NCBI GenBank assembly: GCA_030141605.1
Contig: JAQGDQ010000382.1
Coordinates: forward strand, 1-64,000
Direction of reading: 5' to 3'
Origin: Tubiluchus corallicola
Lineage: Eukaryota; Animalia; Priapulida
Length of the DNA stretch: 64,000 bases
Shown: positions 10,742 through 24,419 of the stretch, piece by piece
How positions within the stretch are numbered: position 1 is the first letter of the stretch
Layout: every line of letters starts with the position of its first letter
Notes under the pieces: generated by a model
Seen by the model: the letters and a program-made list of their open reading frames with translations, nothing else
Databases searched by the model: none
What the model was told of the DNA's origin: nothing
Translations under genes and position numbers: made by a program

Positions 10742-13700
10742 GCTTTTACTATTATTTAAGGTATACGTACTTTGAATCCACCGTTCCAGTGAGCCGTTAT
10801 GACGTCATTCAAAGTATCCACTTGTAAACACATGTGTACCCATCGTCTGGTCAAGTCCATCCAATGGGAAGGACTAATGGAAAATACTCTAGAAAAATAA
10901 GCCAAAATAAGTAAATAAATAAAGTTCTATTTGTACGTATTCAAGTGAATGTCACACAGGCGTCTTCTGTTTTAACAAACTAGAAGGTGGGTAAATAGAC
11001 GTCCTAGTAAGGGGTACCTTGGTCAAATTGCAACGCAGTTTTTCTCTTCAGATTCTGCTGCAGTTTTCAGGTACCCTCAATCAAAAAAAATCGGCCAAAG
11101 TCGATGTAGGTACTTGCGACATATGCGCATAAATCTAAGATGGCGCCTACTGGGGCCAAGCATCAGTTATATCTCCAAAAACATCAAGTCTAGATGAAAA
11201 ATATGTATTGTCAACTGATAGGAACGTGACAGGATTCCAAAAATGGGACCGTTTTCCACCTGTGACGTCACGCATCTCAAACACTGCATGCTTCAAGTCA
11301 ATTGCTAAGTAATTTCACAAATGCTTACCTTCAACTGTTTCATCGTCTGCATGTTTGACCAATTGAGTATCATTTATATGTAGAAATGTTTGTGTTTTTC
11401 AAGCCTCTTGTTGTTCAAACGATTGGGTTAATTAAACTCTGCAGTACAGCATGTTTTGTAATGTTTAAACACTGATTTTGCTGGAAGTACTATTACAATA
11501 AATATATGTTTAATTTTATCGACCATTTACATTTTTTATTCCTGAGAGTGGTTGTGTTTGTGCACTGCTTTGCACGGCAGCCTATAATGCTGTTGAGATG
11601 ATTGAAAAATTAACTGCGATAGCTTTAACCTGTTAAACTAATTAAGGTTACAAGAACAATTTACTGTAACTGAAATAAGAAAACCAATGGTTTGGAGCAA
11701 TGCATATCACGTGATGGGTATCACACTGAAATAAATACATTGTGGTAACCTTGTCCTGCAAACGATTTACCATTTGACTAATATAGCACAATGTGCAATA
11801 ATAACATCAACTCTAGTTGCTTGTATTTCACTGATGGAAATCTGGAATTCAAATGTTCAAATTTTGTTCGAATCTCGTTGTCCACTGGGTCAAAATGTCA
11901 AAATGAAATGTAAGTTGAGCTATAACAAGATGAATTACAAATAATGTGGGAGATGGGAAGCGGTCATTGGACACAGTGTGCGCTTAGCAGTGACGTTAGT
12001 TAAGCATCGCGCGACCTGTTTAATCTGATCAGTCCCATCTGCCATACTGAATCCGTCTATATATAACGCATATCCGACCTCTCTATATGGGAGGATATAC
12101 GTGAATCTGAAGGTGGATAAGACAGCTCCATGGATTTATAGGTTGTACACGTCAAATGTCACAGGAAAGTTCCAAGTGTGACTCTGGTAAGTCAAATACA
12201 GACGCGGTACTGTGAATAAATTGGTAATTAACTCATTTAAGTGCAAGTTTCAAAAAGATAAATCAAATTAAAATTATATTTTACGGTCAAGATGCTATCA
12301 GCAACAACAATTTTTATTATATTTAATTAATTTGCAACTATTTGTAAGGACGTTAATACATTTTTCAATGTAAAGAAAATGTTTATTTGAAAAGAACTCT
12401 TAAATATTGTACATGAATAAGTGAACAATTGTGCAATTATTAATACAGCAATTCTAAATTTTACTTGTAAACGTTTTAGAAATAATTTTTGAATAATTTA
12501 TCAAATCTACAAAACTAAAATTGCAATCAATGCTCAAGAACACCATATTCAAAACATTGGCTATCGTTGAACGGGATATGCGTGGTTTCTCAAGCATGTC
12601 TCGGCGCACAGACGCAATGATTTGCTCTAACGTAAATTCTGGATGAGTCTCTATAAGATTAACGCCACAGTCCCCCATTTCTTCATCGACAAGCTTTCTT
12701 CTGAAACCGCCACGTCGTCTGACAATTCTACCCTCCAATGCTGTCTTAATAATAGCCCATGTGGTTGATTTTCTTATACTAAGTTCTGTGCAAGAAGTAA
12801 GTAGTCATCTTTCACAACATAGAAAGATGTGTTGTTTGCCCTCTAACGAAATTATTTGATAAACCATAATGACGGCAAAAAGAATGAATTTGTTCCAACT
12901 TCCCAGTTAACAATGAATCGAGAATTAGCCTTTTAAGCTTTGTTGAATTTCTCCCAACAAACATTGTTTATTTTAAGAATCTATTGTTTTCTCTAACACT
13001 AACAATGGTATGTAAAGCTCACAGACTTATTAGAGAACTATTAGTAGGCTTATAAAGTTATTATTTCAACAGTTTTATGCGCAATTATTAAATTAAAATT
13101 AAAGAAGATTAAATTTAACATCCTTAAGCCTGGCCACCTCTCCGCATTTGAGATGCCAATGTCACATTTGACTTGACATGTGTCTATTTTTGATTGACCA
13201 AAAATGCTTAAGTTTTGTTGAAAATCATTGTTAACACATTTGAACTACCTAAGTCTACATTTGAGTTACCAAGACACATTTGAATACCTAAATCTAGATG
13301 TGAGTTAACGTAGGTCTACATTTAACATGTAATTGTAAAACCTATATTATCTTTCAGGATTATCATTGATGCTAAACTCACATCCTACCAAAATTATCAC
13401 AGTAACAAGTAAGTTCTGTTTACGAATACTGGACACTATTTTGTTGTGTACCAGCTTAAAAAATATAGAACAGACGTACTTGTCATTTTGTTTACCATGC
13501 GTGTAGTGAACCGTGCCGTCTTGATCTACAACTATATCCACTTCTACGTGGTCGTTCTTTCCATCTTTGCCTCTAGGGAAACGCACACTGTACAGATGTA
13601 ACACGCCTCCATAGCCTTTGTTCCACCTGAAAGATTTAGTTTCCTTTCTGCATACATTCTATTTAGTATAAATTTATTGAATTTCTTCTGCAAACGTGAG

Positions 13701-16700
13701 CAGACAAACCTCGGTTCATAAATTTAATTCGTACACGGAACCTGTTCGTGAATTAAATTGTTCACAAACCAAATCAGCTTTTCCTATAAAAATAACTTAA
13801 ATTGAATTAATCAGTTCCAAATCCACAAAGTTAAACTTATATAAATATATACCCAAATGTATTTGTATACCATTAATTGAAGCTATAATCCAGTACTTAT
13901 AAATAATAGTGTAATCATTATTTATTATACTGTTAATGACAGTAAAATACAACTGTAATTACACGTTCTTAAAACTAAAATCTCTGCTATCATTTTCGCA
14001 CAACGGGCCAGAAAAAGAGAGAGACTCAGAGGAGAGAGAGAGAGAAATAGAAACGTCTTTATGTTACGTAGCAAATGGAAGGTACAACATTTTACACTTG
14101 CGTTGTTCGTCAAACTGCATGCAAAGTGAATTTTAACTACAGCAGAAAGGAGTGAAGAGAGGTCATATAGCATATAAATGACAGTTGACTGTCCTCCTGG
14201 AGTTTTTTCTTTGTCTTTCTTTGCTGTACCAGAGTACCCCTCTCTTTGTCTTTTTTGCTGCACTAGGAACCTTCAGATACTTGCCTGAAATGAGACATGT
14301 TTATGACCTAGTTTGGTACTTCTTTGACAGGTTGATATTAATAAAAAAAACTTTGCAGCTCTCCCCATTTCCCGCCATTTCTTTTATAAGTGAAATGGGA
14401 ATGCCCTCCCTTCTATCCTCATCCTCTAGAGATATTTCCTCAATGGCCACTGTTGCTGGTCCCTTTAAAAGTTTTGGAGTTCCTATGACGAGTTCAGCGT
14501 TGTTGTCTATTTACCGGCTCCTCAACATTATCATCATCCACTTCTAGCACGCATCTTGTCTCTTGTTTGCTCGTGACACTTTTTACTCGTAAATCAAACT
14601 GTTCGTGAATGGAAGTGTTCATGAGCCGCGATCTGACTGTATGTCAATAAAACATACATGTGATTGACACTGACACTCACGAAGATGCCCTGGTTTGCAC
14701 AATAATTAATAAAGCTCACTTGGTTTCCATTGCTGACATTAAAAATTTAGAACATTTCGGGGAAGAATAAAACGTTCTCTTAATTCACCTTACCAACAAG
14801 CAGTGAACGCTGGATATGTTCCCTCTCTAAAGTTACTGGCGTAGACATCCACTCTGTCATTCTGGGCGTAGTCTCCTTTTTCCTGCGGATCCAGTTCCAT
14901 CAAATCATAGATTCCCGTATAAAGACGGCTGCAGTTAAGCTTTTCTATAAATTAACAACAATTTTGTAACGGCATGTGGAAACTAACATGTCACCCCACA
15001 TACAGTCACCCCATTAATAAATACTCGTGACAGTGTACACTAACCAGCCACCAGAATCAGTTTTACCAATGTCACCCGGGCACAAGATTTGGGAGATATG
15101 CTAAACAAATGAAGAACAAAAAATGTAAAAAACGCCACAGGCCTACCCCAGACATTTACCCCAATGATCTACCCCAGAGATCTACCTCACTGATGTACCC
15201 CAGAAATCTACCCCACAAATCTGCCACATAGATCTAAACCAGAGATCAGCTCCAGAGATCTACCCCAAAGATCTACCTCACAGTTCTACCCCAGTGATCT
15301 ACCCCAGAGAGCTACCCCGCAGATCTACACCACAGATCTACACCACAGATCTATCCCACAGATCAACGTCACAGATCATTCCCACAGATCAACGTCGCAG
15401 ATCATTCCCACAGATCATTCCCACAAATCTACTCCAGAGATCTACCCCGGAGATCTACCACACAGATCTACCCCACAAATCTACCCCACAAATCTACCCC
15501 CACTGATCTATCCCACAGATCTACCCCAGAGAAATACCCAACAGATCTATCCCACAGATCAACCCCACAGATCCATCCCACAGATCCATCCCACAGATCC
15601 ATCCCACAGATCCATCCCACAGATCCATCCCACAGATCTACCCCACAGATCTACCCTAGTGATCTACCCCAGAGAGCTACCCCTCAGATCTACCCCACAG
15701 ATCCATCCCACAGATCATCCCCACAGATCTACCCCACAGATCTACCCCAGAGCTCTACCCCACATATCTACCCTAGTGATATACCCCAGAGAGCTACCCC
15801 ACATATCTACCCCACAGATGTACCCCACACATCTACACCACAGTTCTACCCCAGAGATCTACCCCACAGATGTACCCCAGAGCTCTACCCCACATATCTA
15901 CCCTAGTGATCTACCCCAGAGCTCTACCCCACATATTTACCCCACAGATGTACCCCACACATCTACACCACAGTTCTACGCCAGAGATCTACCCCACAGA
16001 TGTACCCCAGAGCTCTACCCCACATATCTACCCTAGTGATCTACCCCAGAGCTCTACCCCACATATCTACCCCACAGATGTACCCCACACATCTACACCA
16101 CAGTTCTACGCCAGAGATCTACCCCACAGATGTACCCCGCATATCTACCTCAGAGATCTACCCCACAGTTCCACATCACAGATCTGCCCCAGTGTTCGCT
16201 CTTCAGTACTTGCCACTGATCAGTTCCAGTCTTTTTGCTGGTTTAAAACTCTGCTCTGTTACAACTTTCATGACATCATACATGATGCCATCATACAAAT
16301 ACATTTTCTGAATGAACCAGGCTGGTGAGCAGTATAACATGATAAAACTGTCGTCTTTAAACCTTTTAAGATGAGCCACTTGACCAAAAGGGGCATATCA
16401 GACAATTTGAGATATGAATACATGCTCCCTCCACGAGGTAAATAACCAGGATCAGTATGGCAAGTGACAGTGAGTTAACAGGTGCGAGTACTAGCCGTTC
16501 AAGCTCTCACGAGTCATTCATTGATCTGCCTGGTTTGACTTTAGTCGTGGAGTATGTGCTCGTGTTTATTCATCCCGTCTCAGCATTTTGGAAATATTTG
16601 AGAAAATAGAAATGTAAAAATATAATGATTCACATACCTTTCTTTGCTGCTTTGCCATTCTTAGCTGCATCCACACCAAGCATCAACAATACTATAAAAA

Positions 16701-16701
16701 T
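10059..16701 (-). CDS. Secreted pentraxin/LamG-like domain protein; exons 16638-16701, 14794-14944, 13480-13626, 10771-10888, 10059-10364 (>=261 aa; ATG exon not located)
   Basis: All four junctions are GT-AG with consistent phases (1,2,2,0), giving 786 nt in frame. Translation: IFIVLLMLGVDAA (signal-peptide end)...PAFTACWW...RRWVHMCLQVD...AHWNGG...FRDLNVWSKILSPYEV...SCINCGDIFCW, matching the pentraxin FTxC, WxHxC and D(L/V)NVWxxxLS patterns. Confidence 0.8.
10491..10741. repeat. Compound (CAT)/(CAA/CAG)/(ATT) microsatellite in the last pentraxin intron
   Basis: Seen directly; explains the poly-M/H/I ORFs. Confidence 0.95.
12540..12830 (-). pseudogene. Decayed IS630/Tc1-mariner transposase, N-terminal HTH fragment (intronic)
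   Basis: Reads ...TELSIRKSTTWAIIKTALEGRIVRRRGGFRRKLVDEEM...LIETHPEFTLEQI...PRISRSTIANVL, the usual paired-HTH, RGG-linker and ISxSTI layout of Tc1/IS630-like transposases. No DDE domain recovered. Confidence 0.65.
15140..16190. repeat. C-rich 13-bp minisatellite (consensus ~agatctaccccac) with a 130-bp higher-order repeat
   Basis: The 13-mer recurs throughout; the block agctctaccccacatatctaccctagtgat recurs at 15751, 15881 and 16011 (period 130 = 10 x 13). Confidence 0.93.
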
Positions 16702-17127
16702 CTGCAAAACAATTTGGAAGTATTTAAGGTAGATCGTAGTTAATTGAGGCAGCTTAAGCTACCCAGGTCAACTAAAATTGGTGGGGGTTGGGGGTGGGGG
16801 GGATGACGATGTAGTTTCTTATTCTTATTCTTATTATTTTAATCATATATATGCATTACTTATACATATACAATTATCATCCATGTCACTTGCTATTGCA
16901 AAATTAGTCCACAGATAATTATGTCTATTTTAATCGAGATTTGATCTTACTTGTTTAGCTTTATAAATGTTCAATCACCATTAAATTGTTGCACATGCTT
17001 TGCTAATGCTTTTTTCTTTCTTTACCACGCTCTATCTAAATTTCTATTTACAATTATGTAATTAAATATGTTATATATACATCATATTTATACACTTATT
17101 ATATACCTACACTTTGCAGTTGGTTAT

Positions 17128-17557
17128 TGTGAAAGTTATTTGTGAAGTTGAAATTGAACACTTGTAGAAAACAACTAAACAAGATTACATGCCTGCACAA
17201 AACCTGAAACACTTTTATTACAATAAATACACAGTAAAATGCACAAGTAAAATGAAGATCACAACTGCTGCACAGCACTGAGTGTGTGACAGAGAGACAG
17301 TGTGTCCCATGAGTTGCACGACTGCACTGCCTGAGACAGAGAGTGACTGGCAGTGAAATCTAGCCAGTTTATATATGTAGAGAACTATGCAAGAACTTGG
17401 CTTCACATATCCCATTACAGTAAAATAGGGGAGATACAGTGAGTTTGAATATTCACTGGACCGAACAATTGTACTAAGGGTGAGTTGAACTAGTAAAATG
17501 TTAAAGTAGCTAATCAATAGATGGCAGCACCTAAAATATACAGTTACAACTTTCACA
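17128..17557 (-). mobile_element. Solo LTR, 430 bp, 5-bp TSD GTTAT
   Basis: TG...CA ends with a 10-bp perfect inverted terminus (TGTGAAAGTT/AACTTTCACA). GTTAT at 17123-17127 and 17558-17562. Minus-strand TATATAAA (~17370) lies upstream of AATAAA (~17215). Confidence 0.8.
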
Positions 17558-18482
17558 GTTATAATTTCACTGAAAATTGATTCTCAATTGGCGTAGTTTT
17601 AGATAATTATATATATCGAAAAGCTTCCGGAAAACTTTCTATACCAAGGCCTAGAGTTTAATTTATGCAATTGAATCTTGCCTATGTTACCAGAGTTTAA
17701 ATCTAGTATTTCATGCTATTAGTAACTTGTATTAGTTAACATAACAAATAACAAAGTGACACAAAATTGCTATTGTGAAAGTATCGCTAAAAATGTCTGC
17801 TAATTTTCTAACAGCCAAAATGGTGAAAAAAGTGATTTGGCGGCAACTTCACTTATGCAAAATTGTAAAACTATTTCATACAAAGATTTAAAAAATTGTA
17901 GTGCTGGGTCATACAACAAGTAGTACAGTTGAGCTAGTAATAATAGTCATTGTTATACAGGTCTATTTTTTGACACGGTTTACCATACACTTTTATAGCT
18001 CAACGTAAGCGTTAATTGGCTTAAAACTGACTTTAAATAAAGACCAAGCTAAACTCGCAAACAATTTTCTACATAATGGGGCTTGATCTCTGATGGTTGC
18101 TTATAACAATACAATAATAACAAATACTAAATATATAGAAAAATAAAATTTATCTATTTGTTTGAAAATAAAGTTCTTTCATACTATAAAAAAGATTTGT
18201 TTAAATGAAATGTTATTAGTGATGTGCAAATGTTTTACTTTGCGTTTCACGTTGGTAGTTAGGTCTATCATTACCAGTTTAGAGATGGCAATAGGCTAAA
18301 CTAGCTTTATAGTAATTGTGTATCACTGCATAACAGCAATGGCGAATGCTACGCCTCTGCGATTAGAACTAGGAAGAGAACTAACACCGTTAGTGTTAAG
18401 TAAAATGTGAAACGAAAGTTCTTCTGAGTGGCTGAGCTGCCGTCAAATAGGTAAAAAGATAATATAATAACAATAATATAAT

Positions 18483-18718
18483 AATCTTTATTTAAAGTGG
18501 CTTTTAAATTTCAAGTAGCTTTTTGCCGACTCCAAATAACAATAAACTACAACTACATAACAGAGACTGTTACCACCCCGCTTTTACCCTAAGTACACCA
18601 TGTCAGGGAGGGCAACAGCAGGCATCATTTGAAAGTCTTTGTTACGACCCAGCTGCAGTATCGAACTCATGGCCTTCCATACAGAAAGCGGACGCGTTAC
18701 CACTAGAATATACGCCTG
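18483..18718 (-). mobile_element. tRNA-derived SINE, Meta-domain-like (family copy 1)
   Basis: Minus strand: A-box-like tctagtggtaacgcg, B-box gagttcgatac, then gggtcgtaacaaagactttcaaatg...ctgttgccct, tail actttaaataaagatt. Homologous to 52047-52297. Confidence 0.75.
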
Positions 18719-18833
18719 AAGTCACCGAAATGAAAATATTGAATGTAATCAGTTGAACTGGAAGACATTTTCCCAAGGAGAACTTTTTACACTGCTTTGA
18801 ATAAACATTTGAAAGAAAAATCACGCATATACG

Positions 18834-19145
18834 CAGGGGCGTATGTTAAGCCCATCTCTATTGAGAATTTATGGTTGTTTATGTAATGACCAGACTAAAC
18901 AATTACTTGTGGTGTATTAGAAACACCATTGAGCTAGTTTCTTGCACCTGTTTGTTTTGTAGTATTTATATAAAGGCTGCTCACAGTAACTGCCTGTGGT
19001 GTGTTATAGAATGCGCCCTTTACATAAATATGAAAGTAAAACACATTTTCCGAGGAGAATAAGAATTTTTTCTAAGATTTGAAGCCCCTCAAACTTTGGC
19101 GCCCTAGGCTATAGCCTAGTTAGCCTGTTGGTTAATACGCCCCTG
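18834..19145. mobile_element. hAT-type MITE, 312 bp
   Basis: TIRs CAGGGGCGTA.../...TACGCCCCTG; 8-bp TSD catatacg/catgtacg (7/8 match). Confidence 0.8.
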
Positions 19146-21518
19146 CATGTACGATCGTTAAAACGCCTCCCACGAAACTTAAACTCCCACGGGCAGCTGC
19201 ACTGCACATTGTAAAATATTATCAGATGTTTGATTTCAAATGATTAACTCTTAATGATCAGCGAACTTAATTTCACTGTAAACAGAACATAAAAACTACC
19301 CTTTAAAGTAAAATGTGACCGTTTTGTTTTTTTGCCTTATAATTATTTTTATTGATTTATTGAATTTCTATCATACACAAAGTACAGGTCCTAATTAAAA
19401 TAGGCGAATTATAGAAAAAGATTAAAAAAGATAAAATACAATATTAAAAACTAGCAGGGACTATAAAATATTTACAAGAGAAAATTTATTTATATGTAAA
19501 TAATTTAAAACACATTATTATTAAAAATGGAGGTTTTCAGACAAATGTAAAATTAATTGCACTACCATAAAACTCCTCTGCACATTTTGCTTCATACAAA
19601 TTTTTAGTCACAGTTTTTAAGGAAGCTAGACTATATCTTATAATCTATACTTTATCAAATAACTCAAATTGTGCAACGACATTTTATTTTAATTGATAGG
19701 ATTTATAAAAATGCATTTTTATAAAAGACAATGGCAGCAGGCACATATAAATTATGTTGACCATATAATAAAATATAAAATAATTCATAATATATTTACA
19801 ATCACAGTTATAAAATAAATACATGTGCAGTAAAAATTCTATTATTCAGACAAAAAATCTTAAAAAAAACTTAAACGGAGAGCTTAAGTTAAAACTATAT
19901 AGCAAAAGCAAAGTTAAACTAATAATAAAAAACGTTGAATACAATCTAATATTATGAAAATAATGACATTACCGTAACGTACGACTGGCACATCAATAGC
20001 ATCGTTGTAAGAAAACACTCACGAATTGTTTGCAGCTTGGCACAGAAATGTTTTAGTAAATGTTTGTCAAAAGCAAGTCCCGTCTCTTACATATATAGAG
20101 CACACAGACACCAGAACACAGATTTTCTGTTGAGAAACGTCAATTGAAAATAGTTTCTCTTTGAATTGTCACCTCAGTCACCTTTTCTATTTAGGTTAAC
20201 TGGTTAGCGAAAGGTGAGACGATTTTTTTTGTGTTTTGAGTGTAACTAGGTGTAATTAGTGAAATGGAGACAAGTGTGTCATACTGGACGCATGTTAACG
20301 AGCTCTGTCATATCTGCTTGACACAACTGTGCTAAAGTTGACAACAGAATTCACTTTCCTGCTGCCAAAAGATAAACACATTTATTACAAAACAATTAAG
20401 AATTACTCTTTTAAGACATGAGCAGTATAACCACACAACTGTTTCGTTGGGGCGTTTCGGTACATGCTTTGGCTAATTGACCAGGAAATTCACTGATATT
20501 TTCGACAACTGTAGTCAAACTAGGCGTTCAATTTGTCTATCCCATTATCAACTTTTTATGCTCCTTAGTACTTAGTACAAGCTTTAGCTTAATTAACGAG
20601 GAAATTCAGTGTAGCATTTTCGTGAACTGCATCGATAACTTGTTTTTATGTTGTCTGTTGTGTGGTCAGCTGTGTGGTCTATTATTTTCTTGTTGCCCAT
20701 ATATCTATAAATTCATAGATATATATAAATATATAAATTTTCTATTTACATATATTGGTATGTAGATATCTAAATGTGATACATTTAGCCACCGAAAATC
20801 CTTGCTAAATTTAGTATTTTGTTTATTTTATTGTATTATTTTTTGTGTCAAATAATAGTCCCTTTGCACCCTATTAGCTATTTTTATTGTCATAAATTTA
20901 GTAGTTTTATTTATTTTATTGTATTGTTCTATGGGTGTCAAATAACTAAACTAAACTAAACTATTTATTTATATATGCGCCATACAGATAGATAGATATA
21001 CATAGAATCACTATCATCGTCATCATCATCATCATCATCATCGTCGTCGTCATCATCATCATCATATAGGTTTGTTTAAATTGTTGAGTTTGGCCGGCAG
21101 AAAAGGTAAAAAAGACAAAGACTCTTACTCAAGTTTCTGGCACAAACGTACAAGGATTTTAAAATCTTCTTTTAAGAGGGCAACTAGCGCTATTTAACTC
21201 TTAATACAAAATTTATACGAGTTTATTATGTATATATAACAATATAATATTATTATAATATAAAATAACATATTATAAGTATATAATAATATGCAAAATA
21301 TAAAATAGTATACACGCATACGTAAGTATAATATTGGATACATTGCTTGCGTTGACAGTAACACGGTATAAAAGTTGTAATTTCAGCTCCCCCCAATGAC
21401 CGTTAGATGCAGCTATTTTGACCCTGAGTCGTTTGAAGCCATTTTAGATAACATTGCATAAAGTTTGAAAAAATAATCTGAGCATTTGTAGAGCATGCTT
21501 CGCTATGTACATAATATA

Positions 21519-21822
21519 ATACAATATCATACCATACCATACCATACCATACCATACCATACCATACCATACCATACCATACCATACCATACCATACCAT
21601 ACCATACAATACAATACAATACAATACAATACAATACAATACAATAAAATACAATACAATACAATGCAATACAATGCAATACAATACAATACAATACAAT
21701 ACAATACAATACAATACAATACAATACAATACAATACAATACAATACAATACAATACAATACAATACAATACAATACAATACAATACAATACAATACAAT
21801 ACAATACAATACAATACAATAT
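21519..21822. repeat. Compound pentanucleotide microsatellite (ATACC)n(ATACA)n
   Basis: Seen directly. Confidence 0.97.
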
Positions 21823-22719
21823 ACTTTTTACATAAGAACAATGCATTTAAAACAAGAATATCGCAAATACATAAACACAAAAGTCAAATGCAGTAATCAT
21901 GAGCTAATACGTCAGTTTTTAAGATAAATCATGCATTAAAATTTAATAGGTGTTGCCTAACTGACTGGACTGCAAAATATAATTTTTATGGGACTATTAA
22001 GCAGATATTAGCTCCTTCTCGTTTTACGATTTATTTTGTAATAAATTTTGCCCCTGGCAACGTAATCTGATACTAGATCATCACTAATCGTCATTAAAAT
22101 AGCATTCCGGACTGTTACCAAATCTAGCAAGTGACAAAGATGTTAATAATAATATTATAATTTTATTCATCATAAAAGCCTACAGTATTTAAAAGCACTA
22201 TAAAAAGATGATACCAAACTTATCTAGAATCTGAAATTGTACTGAAAAACAGACGCGGTGCGTGTTATAACTCCCACGTAATAGCTATAGTAACTAAGTT
22301 TTAGTACAGCTTTGTCAACAACTCATTGTATCTTCGAACAACCTTTGCTCTATGACGATTCGACAAATATTCAAGCCCAACATTCCTCCAGCACCATGTT
22401 TATAAACGACAGCACTCAGACACTGGATCAACAGAAGTAGGTCTCTGGTATTAACTCTCACAACTCTTGTAACCATGGAAGATGTGCAGAAAAGGGTAAG
22501 TGGATTTTTCCTTAAACTTGTGTAGAAGTTATGGCTCACTCACATATATTAGCTTGTAATGGACCTATTGTAGCTAATCAGGTGCAACGATTTCGCATAA
22601 ACTTGCCATTTAACAGATTGTGGCCAACAGCTAGATAATTCAATGAATAAAGCTAAGATTGCATAAGCCTATAAGCCGCATGGTGTAGGCGAATAAAACA
22701 TGAAGTTTTACATCCATAT

Positions 22720-23645
<926 letters not shown>

Positions 23646-23859
23646 CTGTACACAATCGACAGATTTTACTTGGATGTCAATGGATAAATCCATATCGATA
23701 GATGCCTAATCTATAAACAAATTTCTTATGGACGCTCACAAAGTTCAGTTGGTTTCTATCTTAGTACTGAAAGCCTAGGAGAGTAAAAGATAAAAGGTTG
23801 GTAGGTAGTCAAACCATAAAGCTTCGAAACCCATCAATAAACTTATACAATGAAACCGC

Positions 23860-24330
23860 AAATTTAAAGCAAAACTTGACCCAATCTTAAATTATAGCTC
23901 AAAACAATCTGCCCCATAAAATCTTGGGAGGAAACATACTATTTTTTCAAGAATGATTTAGGTGAAAGAATTAGTAAAACAGAAACGCAATTTCGCGTTC
24001 GCGTGCTTAGTTCTTCGTTGTTGCATGCATTTCGCTATTCGCTAGTTAGACGTGCACTAGCGCCTGCAACTACAAAACTCTATGTGCAAAAAACAAGTAC
24101 TGTACCTCTCAATAAAGAAGTGTTCGGTTGTGACGTAGTGCACAAGTTCGAGAACTCACGCGTGAACATAAAATTTATAGGATTTTTATACATCGCACTG
24201 AATGTTGTACTGTAGCACTGTACTTTAATTTTCGCTTTTGGAAACACGTGCATCACGCTCATGGAATGTTTGTGCTGTTGAAAATCATGTTCACTTGGGA
24301 TGTCTACACTTTTTCGGCTCACCTGCCATT
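23860..24330 (+). mobile_element. Unclassified interspersed repeat; inverted sister copy at 53480-53950
   Basis: For example ctagttagacgtgcactagcgcctgca matches the reverse complement of tgcaggcgctagtgcctatctaactag; aatgttgtac(t/a)gtagcactg and aaacacgtgca are also shared. Confidence 0.75.
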
Positions 24331-24419
24331 AATTAAGTTTTTCACTTATTATTTAATTATCAGAGACGCTTTGGCATTATTATAGGTGTCAAAATGTGTA
24401 GACGTTAGTTCAAAGTAAA

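Noticed and set aside
14185-14560. 120-aa ORF and purine-rich antisense segment
   Set aside because: No recognisable motif; lies in a pentraxin intron; probably decayed TE.
15294-16328. Pro/Thr/Ser-rich mucin-like ORFs
   Set aside because: The 13-bp unit is not a multiple of 3, the same peptide appears in all frames, and the region is antisense intronic.
24324-24331. Minus-strand ATGGCAG|GTGAG as first exon of the pentraxin gene
   Set aside because: Phase 1, incompatible with the phase-0 exon at 16701 (gives an early stop), and it lies in a repeat.
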